A stretch of DNA of 64,000 bases from contig JAXEEE010000058.1 of assembly GCA_034104265.1 (NCBI GenBank), positions 1,729 to 65,728 of the forward strand, given 5' to 3'. Source of the DNA: Eubacteriales bacterium. Lineage in GTDB: Bacteria; Bacillota; Clostridia; Christensenellales; Aristaeellaceae. A program made the translations under genes and the position numbers. Positions 36,006 to 43,031 of this stretch are shown here, piece by piece. The notes beneath the pieces were generated by a model. The model was not told the DNA's origin. It made no database searches and saw nothing but the letters and a program-made list of their open reading frames with translations. Every line of letters begins with the position of its first letter. The first letter of the stretch is position 1.

Positions 36006-36043
36006 AAAAAGGCAGCCTGTGCGCATTGCTGACGCTGGCTGCC
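36006..36043 (-). terminator. Probable terminator after the DAHP synthase gene
   Basis: On the minus strand: GGCAGCC ... GGCTGCC hairpin with an imperfect long loop, followed by TTTTT. Confidence 0.5.
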
Positions 36044-36069
36044 GTATGATCCTGTTTGCCGGCCGGGCG

Positions 36070-37071
36070 TCAGATGGCCGCGCGTACCGCCATCACCCGG
36101 CGGGCCACGTCGGCAAATTCATCCGGCGTCAGGGACTGCGCACCGTCGCACAGGGCGTGCTTGGGATCGTTATGCACCTCGATCATCAGGCCATCCGCGC
36201 CGCAGGCGGCGGCTGCCAGCGCCATAGGCTTCACCAGACGGCTCACGCCCGTGGCATGGCTGGGATCCACAACCACTGGCAGATGCGTCTTTTCGTGCAG
36301 CACGGGGATGGCGGACAGGTCGAGGGTGTTGCGGGTGGCTGTCTCATAGGTGCGGATACCCCGCTCGCACAGGATGACCTGCTCGTTGCCGCCGGCCATG
36401 ATGTATTCCGCGCTCATCAGCAGCTCCTGGATGGTGTTGGCCAGGCCGCGCTTGAGCAGGATCGGCTTGCGCAGCTTCCCCAGCTCCTTGAGCAGCTCGA
36501 AGTTCTGCATGTTCCGCGCACCCACCTGGATCACGTCCACGTCCTCGAACAGGGGCAGATGCGCCGCGTCCATGATTTCCGTGACGATGGGCAGACCTGT
36601 TTCCGCTTTGGCCAGCTTCAGCAGCCGCAGGCCCTCGCCGTGCAGGCCCTGAAAGGCGTAAGGCGAGGTGCGGGGCTTGAAGGCACCGCCGCGCAGCAGC
36701 GTTGCGCCCGCCGCCTTGACCGCCCGGGCCACGGTGATGATCTGCTCCTCCGTCTCCACAGAGCAGGGACCGGCGATGATCTGGAACATGCCTCCGCCGA
36801 TCTTTACCCCTGCGCCGCAGTCCACTACGGTGTCCGCAGGATGGAACTTGCGGTTGGCGTTCTTGTAGGGCTCCTGGATCCGCCGCACGTCTTCCACCGC
36901 GTCCAGGGTGGCGATCAGGTCGGGATCCACCCGGGTGGTGTCGCCGATCAGGCCCATGATGGTGGAGTTTTCGCCCTGGGAGAAGTGGATCCGCAGGCCC
37001 ATGCTGCCAAGGAATTCCTTGAGCTTGTCCACCTGATCCTGGGGAGCGTTCTGCTTGAGAATGACGATCAT
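36070..37071 (-). CDS. aroF: 3-deoxy-7-phosphoheptulonate (DAHP) synthase, type I-beta, with an N-terminal ferredoxin-like regulatory domain
   Basis: Catalytic core ([30 protein letters not shown]). The N-terminal roughly 65 aa ([21 protein letters not shown]...) resemble the regulatory domain of Thermotoga-type DAHPS. The ATG at 37071 lies 9 nt after GGAGG. Confidence 0.9.
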   Translation of the reverse strand: MIVILKQNAPQDQVDKLKEFLGSMGLRIHFSQGENSTIMGLIGDTTRVDPDLIATLDAVEDVRRIQEPYKNANRKFHPADTVVDCGAGVKIGGGMFQIIAGPCSVETEEQIITVARAVKAAGATLLRGGAFKPRTSPYAFQGLHGEGLRLLKLAKAETGLPIVTEIMDAAHLPLFEDVDVIQVGARNMQNFELLKELGKLRKPILLKRGLANTIQELLMSAEYIMAGGNEQVILCERGIRTYETATRNTLDLSAIPVLHEKTHLPVVVDPSHATGVSRLVKPMALAAAACGADGLMIEVHNDPKHALCDGAQSLTPDEFADVARRVMAVRAAI

Positions 37072-37122
37072 GCTACCATACCTCCGTACTGCATTTTTCT
37101 TGGGAACCGTTCTGCCGTGCTT

Positions 37123-37158
37123 CAAAGAAAACGCCCTGCGGCGTCATGCCACAGGGCG
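37123..37158 (-). terminator. Attenuator terminator in the DAHP synthase leader
   Basis: On the minus strand: CGCCCTGTGGC, ATGAC loop, GCCGCAGGGCG (11 bp, one G.U pair), followed by TTTTCTTTG. Located 52 nt upstream of the aroF start. Confidence 0.7.
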
Positions 37159-37188
37159 GATGGATGTCCATGCCAAAATCACGCCCTG

Positions 37189-37236
37189 TCACTGGAACAG
37201 CACGTAATAATAATAACCGAAATAACGGCGCAGCAT
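37189..37236 (-). CDS. Candidate 15-aa leader peptide MLRRYFGYYYYVLFQ (5 Tyr and 2 Phe codons)
   Basis: The ATG lies 7 nt after AGGGAGG. Four consecutive Tyr codons (TAT TAT TAT TAC). The TGA stop abuts the sequence CAGGGCG, which can pair with the 5' arm of the downstream terminator. Confidence 0.55.
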   Translation of the reverse strand: MLRRYFGYYYYVLFQ

Positions 37237-37309
37237 GAGGCATCCTCCCTTTCTTTGCGACTATCATACCCTACTTTTGCCCTTTTGGCAAGAGAAAAAC
37301 CGAAAAAAG

Positions 37310-38053
37310 TCAATGATTCCGTCCGGTTTCCTCCAGGTACTTCTCCAGCTTGCGCTTCACGCGCTGGAGCGCGTTATCGATGGATTTGACGTGACGGCCC
37401 AGGTTGTCGGCGATCTCCTGATAGCTTTTCCCGTCCAGGTAGGCCCGCAGCACCTCCTGCTCCAGACCGGAGAGCACCTCGTCAATCTTGTGGTTGATGC
37501 TGGACAGATCCTCCTGCCCGATGATCAATTCCTCCGGGTTAGTGGCCCGCCCCTCGATGATCACGTCCAGGAGCGTCCGGTCGCTTTCCTCGTCATAGAG
37601 GGGCTTGTTGAGGGAAACGTAGCTGTTCAGGGGGATGTGCTTCTGGCGGGTGGCAGTCTTGATGGCGGTGATGATCTGCCGGGTGATGCACAATTCCGCA
37701 AAGGCGCGGAAGGAGGACAGCTTGTCCGGACGGAAGTCGCGGATGGCCTTGTACAGGCCGATCATGCCCTCCTGCACAATGTCCTCGTGATCCGCGCCGA
37801 TGAGGAAGTAGCTGCGGGCCTTGGAGCGGACGAAGTTCTTGTACTTGTTCAGCAGGTATTCCTCCGCCACATTGTCACCATTCCGGCACAGGGCCACAAT
37901 ATCCTCGTCGCTCATGGACGAATAGTCGGAGGGAAAGGAAGCCTCGTCCTCCGTCTCCAGGCCGTCAGGCTGCCCCTCCTGCTGCATGGCAAGGGCCTCC
38001 AGCTCTTCGTCGGTCAGGTCCATGTCACGTTCATCCATTGCATTCACATCCAT
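37310..38053 (-). CDS. sigH: Sporulation/stationary-phase sigma factor SigH with an acidic N-terminal extension
   Basis: Near-identical blocks to Bacillus SigH (KARSYFLIGADHEDIVQEGMIGLYKAIRDF, FAELCITRQIITAIKTATRQKHIPLNSY). Synteny with yacP and rlmB. Confidence 0.85.
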   Translation of the reverse strand: MDVNAMDERDMDLTDEELEALAMQQEGQPDGLETEDEASFPSDYSSMSDEDIVALCRNGDNVAEEYLLNKYKNFVRSKARSYFLIGADHEDIVQEGMIGLYKAIRDFRPDKLSSFRAFAELCITRQIITAIKTATRQKHIPLNSYVSLNKPLYDEESDRTLLDVIIEGRATNPEELIIGQEDLSSINHKIDEVLSGLEQEVLRAYLDGKSYQEIADNLGRHVKSIDNALQRVKRKLEKYLEETGRNH

Positions 38054-38065
38054 TCATCGCATTGC

Positions 38066-38575
38066 TTATTTTCCGCGGCGCATAGCCTCCAGGGCGTTCA
38101 GGGTATCCTGGGGCAGGCGCGAAGCCAGGGAGGCCTTGGGTGCGGTGCTGACCGTGCGGTGCTGCTCCATACCCCGCTGACGCAGATGCCTTAGCTCCCG
38201 CAATAGCTCCCGGGAGGTCAGGCGGATCGCCCCTGTGGACAGCACCTGGCTCTGCTCCAGGCCGTCGGAGGTGGCCACGCGGACGGCACGGTACTTGGGC
38301 GTCTGGGCCACCAGGCGCTCAATGTAGCTGTCGGCGGTTTCGCCATGGCGGGTGTACACCAGCGTCAGATTGCCGAACTGCTCCTCGGTGCGGATTTTCC
38401 TGTCGGACTGGTACCCGTCGAAGACCAGCACCACGTCCTCCCCGGAATAGCCGCTGTAATCCTCCAGCAGGCGCAGCAGACGGTCGCGGCACTCGTCGAT
38501 GGACCAGCGCTCCTTCTCCGCCTCCCGCCACGCGCCGATGACGTTATACCCATCGACGATCAGCAGCGGTCTCAT
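38066..38575 (-). CDS. yacP: NYN-domain ribonuclease YacP/Rae1-like
   Basis: MRPLLIVDGYNVIGAW... and VVLVFDG motifs. Conserved position between rlmB and sigH. Confidence 0.85.
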   Translation of the reverse strand: MRPLLIVDGYNVIGAWREAEKERWSIDECRDRLLRLLEDYSGYSGEDVVLVFDGYQSDRKIRTEEQFGNLTLVYTRHGETADSYIERLVAQTPKYRAVRVATSDGLEQSQVLSTGAIRLTSRELLRELRHLRQRGMEQHRTVSTAPKASLASRLPQDTLNALEAMRRGK

Positions 38576-39720
38576 GCCCGCCGGGTGGACAGCACGCGGT
38601 ACATCATGATGCCTGCCGCCACCGAGGCGTTCAGGCTGTCAATATGCCCTGCCATGGGCAGGGAAACACGCTGGTCGCAGGATTCGAGGGTCAGACGGCT
38701 GATGCCCTCGCCCTCAGCGCCGATCACCAGCGCCACGCCGCCCTTGAAATTCACCTGCTCGTAGTCCTGGCCGTCCATGGTCACGGCGTAGGTCCATACG
38801 CCCTGCTTCTTCAGTTCGTCAATGGTGCGGTTCAGGTTGACCACACGGGCCACCTTCATGTGCTCCACCGCACCGGCGGAGGCCTTCACCGCCGCGGGGG
38901 TCAGCCCCACGCTGCGCCGCTCGGGCACAATCACCCCATGGGCGCCCGCGCACTCCGCGCTGCGGATGATCGCGCCCAGGTTGTGGGGATCGGTCACGCC
39001 GTCCAGCAGAATCAGGAATGGTTCCTCGCCCCGCTCGCGGGCGATCTCCAGCATGGCGTCCACCGTGCTGTACTGGTAGGCGGAGGCGAAAGCCAGCATG
39101 CCCTGATGATGGGGCGCGATCTCGTCCAGGCGGGACTTGTCCACCTCCTGCACGGGCACCCGGGCCTCCCTGGCCATCTGCACGATCTCCCGGGCGGAGC
39201 CGGACAGCTCGCCACGCTGCACCAGCAGCTTCTCCAGGTCGCGGCCGCTCTTCAGCGCCTCGCGGATGGGGTTGCGGCCGGCCAGCACGTTTTCCATGCG
39301 GTCGATCTGCTCCTCCATAGGAACGGGGACAGCCACGGGCGCGCGATGCTCGAAGTCCCGGTAGCTGACCTCCCTGCGGGGCGCGGCCTCCACAGGACGG
39401 CGCTCCTCCCGGGGATGGCGGTCGGCGGGCCGGGCATTGTCCCGGCGATCGCCGTAGGGCTTGCGGTCACCCTCCCGGCGATGCTCGCCATAGGGGCGGT
39501 GGTCGCCTTCCCTGCGGCGATCCCCATAGGGACGGCGGTCGCCCTCAGGCCTGCGGCTGCCCCCGCGCACGGTGCGGCTTTCGCCCTCGCCCTCCTCAGC
39601 ATTGGGGCCGAAGCGGCGGTTGGCCGGGCGGTAGTGGGTGCCCTCGTCATCCCAGGAGCCCTGGTTGGCGTAGTTCTTTTTCCGGGGGTGACGATCGGGT
39701 ACATCCTTGTAAAATGCCAT
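38572..39720 (-). CDS. rlmB: 23S rRNA (guanosine-2'-O)-methyltransferase RlmB/YacO with an Arg-rich N-terminal extension of about 130 aa
   Basis: SpoU/TrmH core (GRNPIREAL, LDGVTDPHNLGAIIRSAE, ALVIGAEGEGIS, SLNASVAAGI). The extension contains three copies of a 12-aa repeat EGD(R/H)(R/K)PYG(D/E)(R/H)R(R/D). Confidence 0.85.
   Translation of the reverse strand: MAFYKDVPDRHPRKKNYANQGSWDDEGTHYRPANRRFGPNAEEGEGESRTVRGGSRRPEGDRRPYGDRRREGDHRPYGEHRREGDRKPYGDRRDNARPADRHPREERRPVEAAPRREVSYRDFEHRAPVAVPVPMEEQIDRMENVLAGRNPIREALKSGRDLEKLLVQRGELSGSAREIVQMAREARVPVQEVDKSRLDEIAPHHQGMLAFASAYQYSTVDAMLEIARERGEEPFLILLDGVTDPHNLGAIIRSAECAGAHGVIVPERRSVGLTPAAVKASAGAVEHMKVARVVNLNRTIDELKKQGVWTYAVTMDGQDYEQVNFKGGVALVIGAEGEGISRLTLESCDQRVSLPMAGHIDSLNASVAAGIMMYRVLSTRRA
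39439..39546 (-). repeat. Tandem 36-bp in-frame coding repeat, three copies, in the rlmB 5' region
   Basis: Encodes EGDRRPYGDRRR / EGDHRPYGEHRR / EGDRKPYGDRRD. Confidence 0.8.
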
Positions 39721-39783
39721 GATGCTGATTCTCCTTCATTCAATCAATGGTCGTGGACAGCGGCGATTTGCCGCCGGAAACGG

Positions 39784-40530
39784 TTATTCCTTCGCAGTCA
39801 GCGCGTCCAGCATGTCCCTGCGGGCCTTGCGGATTTCCGCCGCCCTGCCGCAGGATTTCGCGCCCTCCGGGCATGCGCCCCGAAGGCAGCCCGGCCCCGC
39901 ATCAGCGAACAGCGCAGGCGCGACCTCCATGCACAGGCGGTGCATATGAGTAGCCAGGGCGCGGATCTCCCACTGGGCACGGCTGCACATCCGCAGGCTG
40001 AAGAAGTGCCGCAGCTCCCGCACATTCATGGTCATCATCAGCCGGGTTTCGCAGGCGCCGGGAAGCACGAAGCGCGCGTCCTCGTTGCTGCTCTCCCCTG
40101 CCGCACCCAGCCGCTCCTGCCACTGGCAGTACCACTGGTGCATCTGATTCATCTGGCGGGCGTACTCATCGGCAGCGTCCTGGCCCAAAGCGGCGATCTT
40201 CGGCGGAACAATGTAGCCGAAGCCCTGCTCGTAGCTGACGTACCGCTGGCTCTGCACGGAGAAGCTGGCCAGGCGGTGGCGGGTCAGCTGGGCCAGCAGC
40301 ACCCGGCTCACGCCCTCCACGCCGAAGGTGAAGGACGCATGCTCCAGCACGGAATCATGCCCCATGCCCATGATCTTCTGCACAAAGTCCGACTGATCCC
40401 TGGCGCTGACGCGCTCCTTCAGGTCGTCGATGGTGGCCCGGGAGTAGCACAGCCGCGCACCCAGGGCGACGATTTCCTCCGGGGACAGGGTGTGGCGGAT
40501 CAGCGCCACATGGAGCTTCACTTCGGGCAT
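39784..40530 (-). CDS. thyX: FAD-dependent thymidylate synthase ThyX
   Basis: ThyX signature RHRLASFSVQSQRY and a length of 248 aa. Overlaps the mrnC 3' end by 13 nt. Confidence 0.9.
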   Translation of the reverse strand: MPEVKLHVALIRHTLSPEEIVALGARLCYSRATIDDLKERVSARDQSDFVQKIMGMGHDSVLEHASFTFGVEGVSRVLLAQLTRHRLASFSVQSQRYVSYEQGFGYIVPPKIAALGQDAADEYARQMNQMHQWYCQWQERLGAAGESSNEDARFVLPGACETRLMMTMNVRELRHFFSLRMCSRAQWEIRALATHMHRLCMEVAPALFADAGPGCLRGACPEGAKSCGRAAEIRKARRDMLDALTAKE

Positions 40531-40937
40531 GGTTCATCCTCCGTCTGGCTGGCGGCGAACAGTTGCTTGATTCTGTCCTCCTGGCCGGTTAAGTACAGGT
40601 AGCCCATCAGGGCCTCCAGGGCGGTGGCGGCCTGATAATCCGCCAGCTCCTGATGTCTGGGGGCGGCATGGTGCGGATGGGCGTTGCGGCCCCGGCGGAC
40701 AATTTCCGCCTCCGCCTCGCTCAGCAGGCTGGTCATGCGCTGGAGCGCCTCCGCCTGAGCCCTGGCGTTCACGCTGGCCACGGCTTCCCGATGCATGTGG
40801 CGCACGTTGTAGCCCTGGTCGATCAGCCTGCTCCCCACCATCAGCTCCCACACAGAATCGCCCAAGTAAGCCAGCTTCAGCGGATTGAGAAGCCGGGCCT
40901 CGGCTTCCGTCATGGGCGGCGTTTGACGCAGGCTCAC
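40518..40937 (-). CDS. mrnC: Mini-ribonuclease III (MrnC/YazC)
   Basis: LAYLGDSVWELMV catalytic motif. A GTG at 40937 lies 6 nt after AGGGAGGGG. The ATG at 40961 in the ORF track would sit at or upstream of the predicted transcription start. Confidence 0.8.
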   Translation of the reverse strand: MSLRQTPPMTEAEARLLNPLKLAYLGDSVWELMVGSRLIDQGYNVRHMHREAVASVNARAQAEALQRMTSLLSEAEAEIVRRGRNAHPHHAAPRHQELADYQAATALEALMGYLYLTGQEDRIKQLFAASQTEDEPCPK

Positions 40938-40970
40938 ATGCTTCCCCTCCCTTATGTGCATACGAATTGA

Positions 40971-40979
40971 ATTATATCA
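40971..40979 (-). promoter_or_regulatory. Extended -10 element (TGATATAAT) upstream of mrnC
   Basis: On the minus strand: TGA-TATAAT. No good -35 element. Confidence 0.35.
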
Positions 40980-41042
40980 TATCGCCGCCCGTTTGGATAC
41001 CCCTATCTTCCCCCAAAAGCGGAAAAAATCCGCCGGCGCAGG

Positions 41043-41070
41043 AAAAAGCGAGTATCCTTCGATACTCGCT
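41043..41070 (-). terminator. Rho-independent terminator after the tRNA-Lys pair
   Basis: On the minus strand: AGCGAGTATC, GAAG loop, GATACTCGCT, followed by TTTTT. Confidence 0.8.
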
Positions 41071-41074
41071 CAAG

Positions 41075-41147
41075 TACACCATTAGGGACTCGAACCCTAG
41101 ACACCCTGATTAAGAGTCAGGTGCTCTACCAACTGAGCTAATGGTGC
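41075..41147 (-). tRNA. tRNA-Lys (anticodon CTT), no encoded CCA
   Basis: Cloverleaf readable by eye: acceptor GCACCAT/ATGGTGT, D-arm AGCTCAGTTGGTAGAGC, anticodon arm CCTGA-CTCTTAA-TCAGG, T-arm GGGTTCGAGTCCC. Confidence 0.9.
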
Positions 41148-41182
41148 TTATGAACCCTGCACCCTTGCAGATGCAGGGATTG

Positions 41183-41258
41183 TGGTACACCATTAGGGAC
41201 TCGAACCCTAGACACCCTGATTAAGAGTCAGGTGCTCTACCAACTGAGCTAATGGTGC
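41183..41258 (-). tRNA. tRNA-Lys (anticodon CTT), CCA encoded
   Basis: Identical 73-nt body to the downstream copy, followed by CCA. Confidence 0.9.
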
Positions 41259-41290
41259 ATGTTTTCCGCATCTCGCGGTCAACGGTGATT

Positions 41291-41318
41291 ATTATACACC
41301 GATTCAGAAAAATGTCAA
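41291..41318 (-). promoter_or_regulatory. Consensus sigma-A promoter for the tRNA-Lys pair
   Basis: On the minus strand: TTGACA, 16 nt, TATAAT, about 30 nt upstream of the first tRNA. Confidence 0.65.
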
Positions 41319-41341
41319 GGGGTTTCACAAAATAATTTTGC

Positions 41342-41379
41342 AAAAAAAATCCTCCGGCTTCATACCGAAGCCGGAGGAT
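41342..41379 (-). terminator. Rho-independent terminator after the ferredoxin gene
   Basis: On the minus strand: ATCCTCCGGCTTC, 5-nt loop, GAAGCCGGAGGAT, followed by TTTTTTTT. Confidence 0.85.
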
Positions 41380-41395
41380 TGTCCGTCAGAGCCGA

Positions 41396-41566
41396 TCAGC
41401 CCTGAACAGGTGCGCCGACGGGGCAGGTGGCAGCGCAGGCGCCGCACTCGATGCAGACGTCGGGATTGATTTCATACTTGCCATCACCTTCGGCAATGGC
41501 CTCCACGGGGCACTCCGCAGCGCAGGCGCCGCAGCTGATGCAATCCTCGGTAATCTTGTATGCCAT
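41396..41566 (-). CDS. fdx: 2x[4Fe-4S] ferredoxin (56 aa)
   Basis: Two CxxCxxCxxxCP motifs (CISCGACAAECP, CIECGACAATCP). The ATG at 41566 follows GGAGGTGAAAC. Confidence 0.9.
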   Translation of the reverse strand: MAYKITEDCISCGACAAECPVEAIAEGDGKYEINPDVCIECGACAATCPVGAPVQG

Positions 41567-41678
41567 AGCGGTTTCACCTCCTTGAAACACACTTGCTTGC
41601 GTGTTCATGCATGTATGATACCACGCCATGCGTGGAAAAGCAAGTCCCTCCCGCCGGAAATCCCTTCATGGACGGGGA

Positions 41679-43031
41679 TCAGATGGTATCGTCCTCCGCA
41701 TCGTCCAGGGGCATGATGGCGGCAAATTCCTCGCTGTCGTCGTGATCGGCAGATGCAGCGGGCTTCTTTTCAACGGCGGGCTCGGCGATCTGCTCGTCAG
41801 CTTCATCGCCCTGGGCGGCGCGCAGGGCGCGCTCCACAGCCATCTTCCAGGGGCTGGCGCTGTCCGCGGCAGGCTGTGCCGGACGGTTCTGCTGCCGCCT
41901 GGCTGCGTTCTCACCCTTGCCGGAACGGCGTTCGGGCTTGGCCTCACCTTCCTCACGGGGTTTCCTGTCGGGGTTCTCCCGCTGCACGGGCTTGCCCAGC
42001 TTGTCGCTGTCCCCGCGGGCGGGCTTTTCGCGGCGCTCACGAGGCTCCTTGGGCTGACGGGGCTGATCCCCACGCTGACGCTGGGGCCGGGGCTGACGGG
42101 GCTGCTGCTGGGGCTGATGAACCGGCACTTCCGCGTCCTGATGATCGACAGGCTGCACAGCAGGCGCTTCCTCGGGGGCGGGCTGTTCGGCAGGTGCAGT
42201 CTCCTCACGGACAGGAGCGGGCTGGCCGGGACGCTGCACGTCCGCCACGGGATAATCCTTCAGTTCGCTGGAGTCCCCCTTCTGAATCCTGACGCGCACG
42301 GTTTCCTTGATGATGTTCAGATCCCACACCACACCGGGGCCGTCGGGGGTGATGACCTCCTTGCCCACCTTGGGCATGCGCTTGCGGGTCTGCTCGTAGT
42401 TCTCCTGCTCGTACTTCAGGCAGCACATGAGCCTGCCGCACACGCCGCTGATCTTCGTGGGATTCAGGGACAGGTTCTGTTCCTTGGCCATCTTGATGGA
42501 CACGGGCTGGAAGTCCCCCAGGAACGCGCCGCAGCAGATAGGCCTGCCGCAGGGCCCCAGGCCGCCCAGCATCTTCGCCTCGTCGCGGACGCCGATCTGC
42601 CTCAGCTCGATGCGGGTCTTGAATACCGCCGCCAGATCCTTCACCAGGCTGCGGAAGTCCACGCGGCCGTTGGCGGTGAAATAGAAAAGAATCTTGCTGT
42701 TGTCGAAGGTATACTCCACGCTGACCAGCTTCATGTCCAGCTTGTGCTCGGCAATCTTCTTCTGGCAGATGGCGTAGGCTTCCTTCTCCCCGGCCTTGTT
42801 GGCCTGTGCGTGCTGGATATCCTCCGCCGTCGCCACGCGGACGACCTTCTTCAGCGGCTGCTGCAGCACCTCGTCGTTGATTTCACGTACGGAGGTGACC
42901 ACTTCGCCGAATTCGATCCCCCGGGCCGTTTCCACCACGACAAAGTCGCCGGGCGTGGGCCAGTAGGGGCCGGGATCAAAAAAATAGAGCTTGCCGGCGT
43001 TCTGAAAGCGAACGCCAATCACGTTGACCAT
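41679..43031 (-). CDS. ricT: PSP1-domain protein RicT/YaaT with a charged C-terminal extension of about 175 aa
   Basis: Strong similarity to Bacillus YaaT (VIGVRF..AGK.YFFDP, GRVDFR.LVKDLA..F.TRIELRQIGVRDEAKMLGG.GPCGR..CC, LSLNPTKISG.CGRLMCCLKYE). The tail is Pro/Gln/Arg/Glu-rich. Confidence 0.85.
   Translation of the reverse strand: MVNVIGVRFQNAGKLYFFDPGPYWPTPGDFVVVETARGIEFGEVVTSVREINDEVLQQPLKKVVRVATAEDIQHAQANKAGEKEAYAICQKKIAEHKLDMKLVSVEYTFDNSKILFYFTANGRVDFRSLVKDLAAVFKTRIELRQIGVRDEAKMLGGLGPCGRPICCGAFLGDFQPVSIKMAKEQNLSLNPTKISGVCGRLMCCLKYEQENYEQTRKRMPKVGKEVITPDGPGVVWDLNIIKETVRVRIQKGDSSELKDYPVADVQRPGQPAPVREETAPAEQPAPEEAPAVQPVDHQDAEVPVHQPQQQPRQPRPQRQRGDQPRQPKEPRERREKPARGDSDKLGKPVQRENPDRKPREEGEAKPERRSGKGENAARRQQNRPAQPAADSASPWKMAVERALRAAQGDEADEQIAEPAVEKKPAASADHDDSEEFAAIMPLDDAEDDTI

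Noticed and set aside
37073-37267. A 64-aa ORF (MIVAKKGRMPHAAPLFRLLLL...) overlapping the aroF leader region in another frame.
   Set aside because: Its internal ATG at 37244 directly abuts the GGAGG with zero spacing, and the track's upstream start at 37267 has no RBS. It runs through the terminator hairpin and into the aroF RBS. The 15-codon Tyr-rich ORF has proper RBS spacing and a mechanistically sensible stop position.
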